Assembly (NCBI GenBank): GCA_036301785.1 | Contig: JAXJDU010000286.1 | Span: forward strand, 1-42,337 | Direction of reading: 5' to 3' | Origin: Acutalibacteraceae bacterium | GTDB taxonomy: Bacteria > Bacillota > Clostridia > Oscillospirales > Acutalibacteraceae | DNA: 42,337 nucleotides | Made by a program: the position numbers and the translations under genes | Part shown: positions 18,855 through 28,277 of the stretch, piece by piece | How positions within the stretch are numbered: the first letter of the stretch is position 1 | How the letters are laid out: each line of letters begins with the position of its first letter | Notes under the pieces: model-generated | Told to the model about the DNA's origin: nothing | Database searches by the model: none | Seen by the model: the letters and a program-made list of their open reading frames with translations, nothing else

Positions 18855-19157
18855 TCAGCGATAGTGTATGCCAGATTTGCGTGTATTAAAAGGTGGGGTG
18901 TGAAAAAGTAAGGATTCCTGATAGGTGTCAGATATTTCATACAGAATAATACAAAGAGCTTTTCCTTCGGTAGCAGGTGAGGTGCTTCTTGTGTATTTTA
19001 CGATTGGTCTGCCATAAAAAAGTGAATATTGAAAATCGGTGCATTCTATTGTATCGTCTGGATTTTCCAGCTCTATAACAGAAGCACCCAGACCATGGTC
19101 CTTAAAAAATCCGTTATCATATGTATCGTTAAAGTTAACAATGTCACTTAGCCTACG
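18855..19157 (-). pseudogene. Start-less C-terminal fragment paralogous to the two upstream membrane proteins
   Basis: RRLSDIVNFNDTYDNGFFKDHGL...ELENPDDTIECTDFQYSLFYGRPIVKY...ALCIILYEIS...GIHYR* aligns by eye with ...DFINVDGRYDDEFFKDNSL...QLQHPDDTVELTDYKYATLFGKPYITY...AICIILLEVS...VINYR* of 20555..21652. Confidence 0.85.
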
Positions 19158-19236
19158 CTCACGGTGAGCAAAATCCTTTCGTGTGATAATTGTACTATAC
19201 GAAATAAAAAGAAATATGCTTTCTGTTAACTGTTGA

Positions 19237-20499
19237 TCAGGTATATGATATAGCTGCCGGAGTTGCCAGAAGAGGTGGCATACAGGTTAAAAGCTTTTCT
19301 TCCTCTGCCTTGTCAACCTCAAACACCAGAATACAAAATGCACCTTCTTCTTCAGTAGCGAATGAATTTGACTTAGGGTGTGGTATTGTATAGTCTACAA
19401 GGAGTCGACCAAATGCTTCGGAATACTTAAATCCTGTAACCTCTACGGTGTCAAAAGGGTGTCGGATTTTGATAGCCGAGAAGTAAAGAGATTTTTTCTT
19501 GAAAAATTCTTCGTCATATCGTCCATGGAAGTTTACTACTTCACCAAATTTAAAACCAGCTACCTCCAGCTCGTTTAAAGATTCCAGAGTTACTTCACCA
19601 GCTTTGCCTGTAACACTTCTTACACCTGTGCATGACGCTGCCAGTGTTTCAGTGAAATCTGCAAATTGTCTGACCTCGCCAAGCTTAAGTGTAGGTACAT
19701 CTTTATTATTTCCAATATTTTCTATATAGTAATGGTTTTCGTTGGTGGGTTTATAGCGATATCCAACGGTTGATATATAAATATAGCTAGTGTCAAAATC
19801 AAGTGGACGTAAAGTGACTATATCTGTTTGAATAAATATTACAGAAACAAAAATACAGATTGCTAATTTTAGTAATATTTTTGACTTTAAAAAAATAAGC
19901 ACATATATAGAAAAGACTATACTGAATACAAACGAAAATTTAAGTATCCCTGGAATGTCAAAGTGATATATCAGAAACATTACGACAATAGTTATAATCT
20001 CGCCTGATATTAACATTATTATATTTGTATATGACAGAGCATGAAATGTATGCTTTTCAAGTATGTAAAGGCCAATGCCCATCAGTATGATTAAAGTAGT
20101 TATAATCAAAGGGAAGACAGATATAAACAGTGGGAACTGTAGCATTAACCGATATATAATAAATATAGCACTTTGTGATAAAAGTATAAACAGCAGTGCA
20201 AAAGCAACTTTTGTGAGTTTGGCAAAGTTTTTGTGACGGGTTTCTACCTCCGGGAGTTGCTCATATACTTCTGGTATTTGTTCTATGGCGGAGTTATCAG
20301 CACCGAATACTGGTATTTTTTTTAGCTGGCTTATGTCCTTTTCAGGAGCTGGCTCGTATGCTATTGGTGTTGATACGTCAGTATTATCGGCACCGAACAT
20401 TCTGATTTTTCTGTATTCGCTCGTGTCGTTTATGTTGTTCATCTCGTTTATGTCATTTGTGTTGTTCTTTTTGTTTTTTATCCAGTTCTTTATAAACAT
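19237..20499 (-). CDS. Hypothetical multi-pass membrane protein with C-terminal soluble domain (paralog A)
   Basis: About 5 hydrophobic segments; YDEEFFK motif; duplicated N-terminal FGADN...YE motif. Confidence 0.85.
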   Translation of the reverse strand: MFIKNWIKNKKNNTNDINEMNNINDTSEYRKIRMFGADNTDVSTPIAYEPAPEKDISQLKKIPVFGADNSAIEQIPEVYEQLPEVETRHKNFAKLTKVAFALLFILLSQSAIFIIYRLMLQFPLFISVFPLIITTLIILMGIGLYILEKHTFHALSYTNIIMLISGEIITIVVMFLIYHFDIPGILKFSFVFSIVFSIYVLIFLKSKILLKLAICIFVSVIFIQTDIVTLRPLDFDTSYIYISTVGYRYKPTNENHYYIENIGNNKDVPTLKLGEVRQFADFTETLAASCTGVRSVTGKAGEVTLESLNELEVAGFKFGEVVNFHGRYDEEFFKKKSLYFSAIKIRHPFDTVEVTGFKYSEAFGRLLVDYTIPHPKSNSFATEEEGAFCILVFEVDKAEEEKLLTCMPPLLATPAAISYT

Positions 20500-20554
20500 T
20501 AATTACACTTCCTTTATTATGGTTTTATATAGTGTTGTTGTGTCAGCACAAAAA

Positions 20555-21652
20555 TTAACGGTAGTTTATAACAGCGTTTTTCATCGAGAAGCCTGCCATC
20601 TTATCCAGTATCTCCTTTTCGTTACTTTTTGAAACCTCAAGCAGAATAATACATATTGCTCTTTCGTCTTCGTTTGCAGGTGTGGTTGCAGATGAATCGG
20701 TTTGGTTGTATGTTATGTATGGTTTGCCGAATAAAGTAGCATATTTATAATCAGTAAGCTCTACAGTGTCATCTGGATGCTGAAGCTGAATATACGATAT
20801 AAAAAGAGAATTATCCTTAAAAAACTCATCATCATATCTGCCGTCTACATTTATAAAATCGCCGTATCTGAATTTTTCCAGAAATTTTGTATTCAGAAAC
20901 TCTAAACCGTTACCTGTGTCATCTCCGTCAGTACATTGTACGCTCCAGCCGTAGGTTGACAGGGTTTCGGATAAATCTCTTATTTCGTTAAGCCTTTTAT
21001 CATCAACTGAAGATTCCTCTGCGTTATTTTCAAAATAAAAATTATTTTCATCATTGAGTTTATCGTGGTATCCACCAGTTGATATGTATATATATCGAGG
21101 GGTAAATTCAAGGCTGTGCAGAGATACAGTATCGGACACAAAAAGTGTCAATGCGATTATAGCACACATTGCTAACCTGAATTTTAACCCGGCTTTTACA
21201 AACCCAAGAATATACACAGCGAAAACTATACTGAATATAGCTGTAAAGGTTATCAGCCACGGTACTTCGAAGAAATACATAAGAAACATTCCAACAGAAA
21301 GTACACTTTCGCCAATGATTAATGCTATCAGGTTTGAAAAAGAAAACAAATCACTGGTGTTTTGTTCATATCGGTAAATAGCAACAATAATCAGCATTAT
21401 AGCAATTTCTATAAGTAAAGGCGAAATCTGCATAAATAGTGGCTGTGGTGTAAGTACTCTGTATGTAAGAAATAAAACGCATTGAGTTAACAGCAAAAAT
21501 AACAGAGCAAACGCAGCGAGTGTTAATATCTGGAATTTTTTGTAACGAGCTTTAACCTCAGGAGGTGGCTCGTAAGCCTGTGGAGGAGTTGGAATGAAGG
21601 AATCACCTTCGCCATACTGTCTTATTTTTCGGGGTCCTCTTGTATTATTCAT
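20555..21652 (-). CDS. Hypothetical multi-pass membrane protein (paralog B)
   Basis: Colinear with paralog A (AFALLF.LL.Q, YIYIST.GY, GRYD.EFFK, HP.DTVE.T). Confidence 0.85.
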   Translation of the reverse strand: MNNTRGPRKIRQYGEGDSFIPTPPQAYEPPPEVKARYKKFQILTLAAFALLFLLLTQCVLFLTYRVLTPQPLFMQISPLLIEIAIMLIIVAIYRYEQNTSDLFSFSNLIALIIGESVLSVGMFLMYFFEVPWLITFTAIFSIVFAVYILGFVKAGLKFRLAMCAIIALTLFVSDTVSLHSLEFTPRYIYISTGGYHDKLNDENNFYFENNAEESSVDDKRLNEIRDLSETLSTYGWSVQCTDGDDTGNGLEFLNTKFLEKFRYGDFINVDGRYDDEFFKDNSLFISYIQLQHPDDTVELTDYKYATLFGKPYITYNQTDSSATTPANEDERAICIILLEVSKSNEKEILDKMAGFSMKNAVINYR

Positions 21653-21820
21653 AGTCAGTAATACACTTCTTTCTTGAATATTAATAAAAGTTGCACTAAT
21701 AATAATATATTAGTGTTACAGGGGTTGTCAATAAGAAGCTTGTACAAAGAAATTATATTGACGAAACCTGAAAGCTGGTTATAATATTAGTATAAAATAT
21801 CTGTAAAGGAGGTTGTTTTA

Positions 21821-22726
21821 ATGAACAGAAATATAGATAATCTGGTAGACCTGATTCTGGATAGCTATAATAAGTACGACGCTACCAAAAGAATAGATGA
21901 GGATAATATAGTTCATAAAGAGACTCTTATAAAGCTTGTTGAAGAGATACGCAAGCTGCTTTTTCCTGGTTTTTTCGACAATAACAAGGTACGCTCTGAA
22001 TATCTTAAATTTTTAGTTGGTGAACGCCTTGAGTTTATACAGCACAACCTGAAAACACAGGTTGCACGAGCTTTGGGTAATAATGAATTTTGCAAGGATT
22101 GTGAACGCACTGCGATTATGGCAAGGGCAGACGAGATTGTGTATGAGTTTATTGCTAAGATACCACTTATAAGAGAATATTTAAGCACAGACATTCAGGC
22201 TGCCTTTAACGGTGACCCTGCTGCACAGAATACTGACGAAATTATTTTCTGCTACCCTGGAGTATTTGCTATTACTGTGTATAGAATTGCTCACGAGCTG
22301 CATTTGCTTGGTGTGCCTATGATACCAAGAATTATAAGTGAGTATGCTCATGGTATTACAGGTATAGATATTCACCCAGGTGCAACAATCGGTAAATACT
22401 TCTTTATCGACCATGGTACAGGTGTAGTAATTGGTGAAACTACAATCATTGGAGAAAATGTAAAGATATATCAGGGTGTTACTCTTGGTGGTCTTTCAAC
22501 ACGAAAGGGTCAACAGCTTAAAGGGGTTAAGCGACACCCTACAATCGGAAACAATGTTACTATATATTCAGGTACATCTGTGCTTGGTGGTGAAACAGTT
22601 ATAGGTGACGGAGCAACTATTGGTGGTAATGCATTTATAGTAAGCTCGGTTGAGGCTGGTATGAAGGTAAGCATAAAAGCACCTGAGCTTCAGTATATTC
22701 CTAATATAGATAAGGATAAGAAATAA
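21821..22726 (+). CDS. cysE: Serine O-acetyltransferase (EpsC-type)
   Basis: [41 protein letters not shown]; upstream TTGACG...TATAAT (21758-21785). Confidence 0.95.
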   Translation: MNRNIDNLVDLILDSYNKYDATKRIDEDNIVHKETLIKLVEEIRKLLFPGFFDNNKVRSEYLKFLVGERLEFIQHNLKTQVARALGNNEFCKDCERTAIMARADEIVYEFIAKIPLIREYLSTDIQAAFNGDPAAQNTDEIIFCYPGVFAITVYRIAHELHLLGVPMIPRIISEYAHGITGIDIHPGATIGKYFFIDHGTGVVIGETTIIGENVKIYQGVTLGGLSTRKGQQLKGVKRHPTIGNNVTIYSGTSVLGGETVIGDGATIGGNAFIVSSVEAGMKVSIKAPELQYIPNIDKDKK

Positions 22727-22739
22727 AAATAAAAATAAA

Positions 22740-22777
22740 AAAAGCCCGAATCATATAGCAGAATGATTCGGGCTTTT
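22740..22777. terminator. Bidirectional terminator
   Basis: AAAAGCCCGAATCAT...ATGATTCGGGCTTTT. Confidence 0.85.
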
Positions 22778-22793
22778 AGTGTATAAAGCTGTG

Positions 22794-23723
22794 TTAAGTG
22801 TCAGGATATCTTGAACGGAAATTCTTTCTGTATTCCAGAGGAGTAATACTGAAAGCTTTTTTAAATTCACGGTTGTACAGAGAAATGTTGTTATAGCCAC
22901 ACGCAATAGCTATATTAAGCACGGTGTCGTCAGTATCCTTCAGCATTTGCTTTGAGGAGTCCAGTCGGTATTGGTTTATAAATTTTTTGCAGGTTGTACT
23001 TGTGTACTCTTTAAATATACTCATAAACCTACTTTTGCTGAAGCCAGCGTTAAATGCAAGCTCCTCTACTGTTAATGGGTAAGCATAATTTTCTTCTATA
23101 TATGCTATAGCATCTCTTACTGCAAGGTAGTTTTTATCTGCTACAGTTGAATGAGTTTTAATTTTTACATAATCAAATTCGTACAGGCTTATAAACAGAG
23201 AATAAAGGCAATTCATTATTTTCAGCTGATTAAAGGCAGGCCTTTCGGTTGCAAGCTTTGCAATCTGTAAAATGCAGGCTTTCAGCTCGTCATAGCCTTT
23301 GTCAGTGGTGCGTATTACATAGGGGATAGACACTGTACGGTTTATAAATGGTGTAAAATATTTCTGCACGCTTGCTTCTCTGTTTGTAGGGCATAGTACC
23401 TCGGCAGCAAAAACGATTGTATGCATTTCTATTTTTGGTGTTTCGGCTTGTCCAAAATGAATTGACTGCGAAGGAATAATAAGAATATCGCCTTCGTTTA
23501 CCAGTACCTCGGTGTTATTTATTGTGGTAGAGGTTGAGCCTTTTTCGAACATCTGAATTTCTATTTCGGTGTGCCAGTGAGCGTACATTTTTAGCTCTTC
23601 TTCATCAGATGTATTTACATAGTAATATCTGATAGGCATACCGAAATTTTCGGTATCTATTCTTTCTTCAAAAACATCACAGGGTGAAAGATTTTTGATT
23701 GAAAAATTATTGTACAAATCCAT
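22794..23723 (-). CDS. AraC-family regulator with N-terminal cupin domain
   Basis: HWHTEIE cupin motif; C-terminal IAIACGYNNISLYNREFKK...TPLEYR. Confidence 0.93.
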   Translation of the reverse strand: MDLYNNFSIKNLSPCDVFEERIDTENFGMPIRYYYVNTSDEEELKMYAHWHTEIEIQMFEKGSTSTTINNTEVLVNEGDILIIPSQSIHFGQAETPKIEMHTIVFAAEVLCPTNREASVQKYFTPFINRTVSIPYVIRTTDKGYDELKACILQIAKLATERPAFNQLKIMNCLYSLFISLYEFDYVKIKTHSTVADKNYLAVRDAIAYIEENYAYPLTVEELAFNAGFSKSRFMSIFKEYTSTTCKKFINQYRLDSSKQMLKDTDDTVLNIAIACGYNNISLYNREFKKAFSITPLEYRKNFRSRYPDT

Positions 23724-23952
23724 AGCGACACCTCCCAGATAAGAAATGTTATATTCAAATTTAATATAACACTTTAATAAATTAACATAGTAATGCTAAA
23801 ATTAATTATACTAAAATAATCAGATAAAAACAACTTTATTTTTTCACGATTTACTGTTAACTAAAAGTGAGTTTTTTAAGCAGTTTTTATTCAGGTATAA
23901 ATATTTTAACCATTTTCAGAAAATTTAAAGCATACTGATAAAAAGCAGAAAG

Positions 23953-23981
23953 AAAAAAGCTCGCTTATCGCGAGCCTTTTT
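23953..23981. terminator. Terminator (minus strand favoured)
   Basis: AAAAAAGCTCGC-ttatc-GCGAGCCTTTTT. Confidence 0.75.
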
Positions 23982-24109
23982 CGATTATTTATGGTTGAAA
24001 ATTATTTGAGTGTGAGCTGATTAAATTGCAACAGGATATATTAACTAAAAAACAAGTGTTAAATGCAAGTATGTAAGCCTTTAATGTAAGACGATTAATC
24101 CTTATTGCT

Positions 24110-24154
24110 TTATAATAATAACATAACAATAACAACAAAATAACAACAAATCAT
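24110..24154 (-). CDS. Candidate 14-aa hydrophobic micropeptide MICCYFVVIVMLLL
   Basis: AAGGAG 6 nt upstream of ATG; lies within an apparent small transcription unit. The sequence is low complexity, so it may be non-coding. Confidence 0.35.
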   Translation of the reverse strand: MICCYFVVIVMLLL

Positions 24155-24282
24155 TTAAATCTCCTTTTATACCTCATAAAATGATTGTGTGAGAGGTGCA
24201 TAGGCTTTGTATGTACCTCTCGAAACAATTATACACAAGAAATTGATAAAAAGAGGCTGTTATCTGATTGCTGACATAATAT

Positions 24283-24319
24283 AAAAAAGCTCAACTACAT
24301 TGTGTGGTTGAGCTTTTTT
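24283..24319. terminator. Bidirectional terminator
   Basis: AAAAAAGCTCAACTAC...GTGGTTGAGCTTTTTT. Confidence 0.8.
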
Positions 24320-24363
24320 CCTGCGTTTGTTAAGTTGTATAGAATAAAAATATTGTATTATAT

Positions 24364-24450
24364 AAAAAGCAAAAGAACCACAGCATTTCCGATCCCTGTG
24401 GTTCTTTTTCATCCTCTGCTTTTCCCTCAAGTGTATCTCGCCTCATACAC
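24364..24450 (-). ncRNA. Candidate ~87-nt small RNA
   Basis: TTGACT-18-TAAAAT promoter with TG extension (24486-24457), 5' hairpin GTGTAT...ATACAC, 3' terminator; no ORF of useful length. Confidence 0.55.
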
Positions 24451-24514
24451 AAGTATATTTTACCATACAGGCAAAGCAAAAGTCAAACTATATTTTAAAA
24501 ATCAGAATATAAAA

Positions 24515-24997
24515 TTATTCTGTGATAGACTGAATAAGTCCACCCTTTTTGATGATGTTCTGAATAAACTCAGGGAATGGCTCTGCCTGATAGGTTTTGC
24601 CTGTTGTTTCGTTTGTGATAACACCTGTGTCAAAGTTTACATCTACAACATCGCCTGCTTTAATGTCGTGTGCAGCTTCGTCGCACTCTAAAATTGGTAA
24701 ACCGATGTTAATAGCGTTTCTGTAGAAAATTCTTGCGAATGTTGATGCAATAACACAAGAAATACCAGAAGCCTTTATTGCTATTGGTGCGTGCTCTCTT
24801 GATGAGCCACAGCCAAAGTTTTTCTCTGCAACCATAATGTCGCCAGCCTGTACATTTTTAGTGAAGTCAGCGTCAATATCCTCCATACAGTGAGCAGCAA
24901 GCTCTTTGTGAGAGGCTGTGTTTAAATATCTTGCAGGGATGATAACATCTGTATCAACATTATCGCCATACTTATGTACTCTACCTTTTGCGTTCAT
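24515..24997 (-). CDS. leuD: 3-isopropylmalate dehydratase/homoaconitase-family small subunit (type 2)
   Basis: [39 protein letters not shown]. Confidence 0.92.
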   Translation of the reverse strand: MNAKGRVHKYGDNVDTDVIIPARYLNTASHKELAAHCMEDIDADFTKNVQAGDIMVAEKNFGCGSSREHAPIAIKASGISCVIASTFARIFYRNAINIGLPILECDEAAHDIKAGDVVDVNFDTGVITNETTGKTYQAEPFPEFIQNIIKKGGLIQSITE

Positions 24998-25018
24998 TTA
25001 TAATCAATCCTCTCTTTC

Positions 25019-26287
25019 TTATTCTGCACAAACTGCGTTAGGGTCTGCAATATAGCCAGCAATTGCACTTGCAGCTGCTACAGCTGGGCTTGCAAGATAA
25101 ATTTCTGAATCAATATGACCCATTCTGCCTACAAAGTTTCTGTTTGTTGTAGAAACAGCTCTTTCACCCTGAGCCAGTACGCCCATGTGACCACCAAGAC
25201 ATGGACCACAGGTAGGTGTAGAAACAATTGCACCAGCGTTTACAAAAATGTCAAATAAGCCCTCGTGCATTGCGTCCAGCCAGATTTGCTGTGTGCCTGG
25301 GATAATAATGCAACGAACACCCTTAGCGATTTTCTTGTCCTTCATAACCTCAGCAGCAGCTCTCAGGTCAGAAATTCTACCATTTGTACAAGAACCGATA
25401 ACAACCTGCTGAATATCTATTTTTTCTACCTCGTCGATAGTCTTTGTGTTTTCTGGAAGGTGTGGGAATGCAACAGTTGGCTTCAGCTGTGACAAATCGA
25501 TTGTGTACTCCTCGTCGTATTCTGCGTCATCATCAGCAAAATACTCAACAGCTTCACCCTGGAATCTGCCGTTTGTGTACTCTCTTGTGATGTCATCAAC
25601 AGGGAAGATACCATTTTTTGCACCAGCCTCAATAGCCATGTTTGCAATACATAGTCTGTCGTCGATGTTCAGATACTGTAAGCCTTCACCCATAAACTCC
25701 ATAGACTTATACAAAGCACCGTCTACGCCAATCATGCCGATGATGTGAAGAATAACATCCTTACCACTTACATACTTCTGTGGTTTGCCGATAAGGTTGA
25801 ATTTAATAGCAGAAGGTACTTTAAACCAAGCCTTACCACTTATCATACCAGCAGCCATATCTGTAGAGCCTACACCAGTTGAGAATGCACCCAACGCACC
25901 ATATGTACATGTGTGAGAGTCTGCACCAATGCAAAGGCTACCAGGGCCTACAAGACCTTTTTCTGGCAGAAGTGCGTGCTCAATACCCATTTCGCCAACA
26001 TCCATAAAGTTTTTGATGTCGTACTTGTTTGCAAAGTTTCTTACCTGCAAGCAGTGCTGTGCAGATTTAATATCCTTGTTTGGTGTAAAGTGGTCCATAA
26101 TCATTGCGATTTTTGTATTATCAAATACATCTGTAGCCTTACAATCCTCAAAAACATTGATAGCTACTGGTGAAGTAACATCGTTACCTAGCACCATATC
26201 CAGCTTTGCTTCGATAAGCTGGCCAGCCTTAACCTCAGGCAAGCCTGCATGAGCAGCCAGAATTTTCTGGGACATAGTCATACCCAT
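25019..26287 (-). CDS. leuC: 3-isopropylmalate dehydratase/homoaconitase-family large subunit (short, type 2)
   Basis: [43 protein letters not shown]; start moved to the ATG at 26287 after GGAGG. Confidence 0.93.
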   Translation of the reverse strand: MGMTMSQKILAAHAGLPEVKAGQLIEAKLDMVLGNDVTSPVAINVFEDCKATDVFDNTKIAMIMDHFTPNKDIKSAQHCLQVRNFANKYDIKNFMDVGEMGIEHALLPEKGLVGPGSLCIGADSHTCTYGALGAFSTGVGSTDMAAGMISGKAWFKVPSAIKFNLIGKPQKYVSGKDVILHIIGMIGVDGALYKSMEFMGEGLQYLNIDDRLCIANMAIEAGAKNGIFPVDDITREYTNGRFQGEAVEYFADDDAEYDEEYTIDLSQLKPTVAFPHLPENTKTIDEVEKIDIQQVVIGSCTNGRISDLRAAAEVMKDKKIAKGVRCIIIPGTQQIWLDAMHEGLFDIFVNAGAIVSTPTCGPCLGGHMGVLAQGERAVSTTNRNFVGRMGHIDSEIYLASPAVAAASAIAGYIADPNAVCAE

Positions 26288-26345
26288 AGTAAAATCCTCC
26301 AATCATATTAATACAAATTATATTAATAAAAAATACTTTGAAGTA

Positions 26346-26390
26346 ATTATGCCATATTTGTTGATAAAAGAATGTAAAGTATGCTACAAT
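26346..26390. promoter_or_regulatory. NtcA-type box TGTA-N8-TACA with class II activated leuCD promoter; overlaps the regulator's own promoter
   Basis: TGTAAAGTATGCTACA (26373-26388); 22 nt to TG.CATAAT on the minus strand; TTGATA-18-TACAAT on the plus strand. Confidence 0.7.
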
Positions 26391-26446
26391 TTATGAGTAA
26401 GGCATAACACAGCCAGCTATTAATTAAAGCAAGGGATATAATCATT

Positions 26447-27103
26447 ATGAATAATATTATACACAGCAGTGATTCGCTGCAGCTTAGCAAAGAGGCAGCT
26501 GAGCTGTTTAACAATATAGGTACAGAAAAGAGCTATAAAAAAAATACACCCTTATATTTTCAGGGTGAGCAGGCTGACTGCTTTTTCTTTTTGAAAAAAG
26601 GTAGTGTAAAAATATTTTGTAATTCTGTTGATGGTATGCAAAAGACTATTTCTATTGTGAGTAATGGCAGTATTTTAGGCGAGGCGGCCTTTTTTGACCA
26701 GATGCCAAGGGTTTCTTCTGCACAGGTTATAGCTGATTCTACAATAGTTTCGATTACGCATAAACAGCTTGAAGAAGCCTTTGCAAAAAATCCGAAGCTT
26801 GCCATGCACCTTTTAATGGTGCAGGCACAGTCTATAAGAATGTTGTCTGCACAGATGTCGGGTATGGTTTTCTCAAAGGCAGACAGCCGTATTGCCAGCC
26901 AGCTTTTGCAGTCGCAAACCTCGCTTAACGGAGAAATAATCGTAAATCTTACACACGAAGAAATAGGAAATCTTGTGGGTGCTTCACGAGTTACTGTAAG
27001 TAAAATACTTAACAGCTTTGCAAACAGTGGATATATAAAAACTGCCTACAGGTATATTATATTAACAAACCTGCAGGCACTTGAAGAAATAGCGTCAGCT
27101 TAA
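26447..27103 (+). CDS. Crp/Fnr-family regulator with NtcA-like recognition helix
   Basis: cNMP-binding-like fold (LGEAAFF...PRVSSA); HTH LTHEEIGNLVGASRVTVSKIL. Confidence 0.93.
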   Translation: MNNIIHSSDSLQLSKEAAELFNNIGTEKSYKKNTPLYFQGEQADCFFFLKKGSVKIFCNSVDGMQKTISIVSNGSILGEAAFFDQMPRVSSAQVIADSTIVSITHKQLEEAFAKNPKLAMHLLMVQAQSIRMLSAQMSGMVFSKADSRIASQLLQSQTSLNGEIIVNLTHEEIGNLVGASRVTVSKILNSFANSGYIKTAYRYIILTNLQALEEIASA

Positions 27104-27111
27104 ATTTTATA

Positions 27112-28089
27112 TTATTTATTTTTCTTTTGCTTTGGTAAGGTAAAGTCATATTTAAGGGCTATTTGTTTGTCTTCTCTGTTTTTAAATTCATCGGTACAAA
27201 AATAGCATAGGTTTTTTCGTGATACGCCTATGTTTTTGATAAAGCCTTTAAAATTTCTGCATTTAAAGTGAACTCTGAAAAGATAATAGGCGTTTGCAAA
27301 ATATACAGCCAGACCTAGCTGTAAAAATGCAGGTCTTAGCTCTTTTATGCACTTTTTTTCTGTGAAAAAGCTTTTCAGCCACCCAAACGAAAGCACATAG
27401 TCACTACTGTTTTTTAGTGAAGCTGTTTGTACTATGCTGCCTCTGCGTACAGTGTAGTAATATAAAACCTTATTTATTGCAACACCTTTATTTGCAAAAT
27501 ACATTAAGCGTGAGGTTGTTGCAATGTCCTCGAATTTGATTTCTGGGAATGTTATATCGTTATCGGTAAAGAGTGTGCGTCGCCACAGCTTATTCCAGAG
27601 GTATGACCTCATGCAGAAATCTGCAACGGTATGCTCTACCATCTGCATATTTGTCATAATACCAGCCTTTGGCTTTCGGATAACTACAGGTCGCACCAGA
27701 CCAGTTTCTTTATAGTAAAGTCCGTAGTTGCAATGTACTACATCAGCGTTGTGGTTTTTAGCTTCTTCATATAAATACTTAAGATAATTTATATCTATAT
27801 AATCATCGCTGTCAACAAAGGCAATATACTCACCACAGGCAAGTGACACGCCCAGATTTCTTGCTGATGATACACCCTTTTTAGTGTTATGCACAAGCTT
27901 GAAGTTTGAAAACTCGCTTTCAAATTGTGCAGCTATATGGGGGCTGTTATCTGTAGAGCCGTCGTTTATCATAATAACCTCAAAGTCTGTAAAACTCTGG
28001 TAAGCAACAGATGACAGGCATCTTGATAAATATTCATCAACATTATATATCGGGATAATAATGCTTATTGCAGGAATATTTTTATCCAT
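27112..28089 (-). CDS. Family 2 glycosyltransferase
   Basis: ISIIIPIYN, INDGSTD, GVSSARN.G, FVDSDD, LWNKL, FED motifs. Confidence 0.93.
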   Translation of the reverse strand: MDKNIPAISIIIPIYNVDEYLSRCLSSVAYQSFTDFEVIMINDGSTDNSPHIAAQFESEFSNFKLVHNTKKGVSSARNLGVSLACGEYIAFVDSDDYIDINYLKYLYEEAKNHNADVVHCNYGLYYKETGLVRPVVIRKPKAGIMTNMQMVEHTVADFCMRSYLWNKLWRRTLFTDNDITFPEIKFEDIATTSRLMYFANKGVAINKVLYYYTVRRGSIVQTASLKNSSDYVLSFGWLKSFFTEKKCIKELRPAFLQLGLAVYFANAYYLFRVHFKCRNFKGFIKNIGVSRKNLCYFCTDEFKNREDKQIALKYDFTLPKQKKNK

Positions 28090-28277
28090 ATAACACACCA
28101 CCTTTTACAGCCTTGATTTATATAAGTGTATCATATTTGATTGTATATGACAATATTTTCAGGGATTAAATTAAGGTGGTGTACAGCTATAGATTAACTG
28201 ACAAAGCAGATAGTCTATAGAGTGGTTTATTGATATAGCTTTTAATTAATGCTATACTGAATAAAAAATGAAGCAGG

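Noticed and set aside
24302..24691. 129-aa + strand ORF
   Set aside because: Antisense to leuD and crosses terminators and the candidate sRNA; no RBS.
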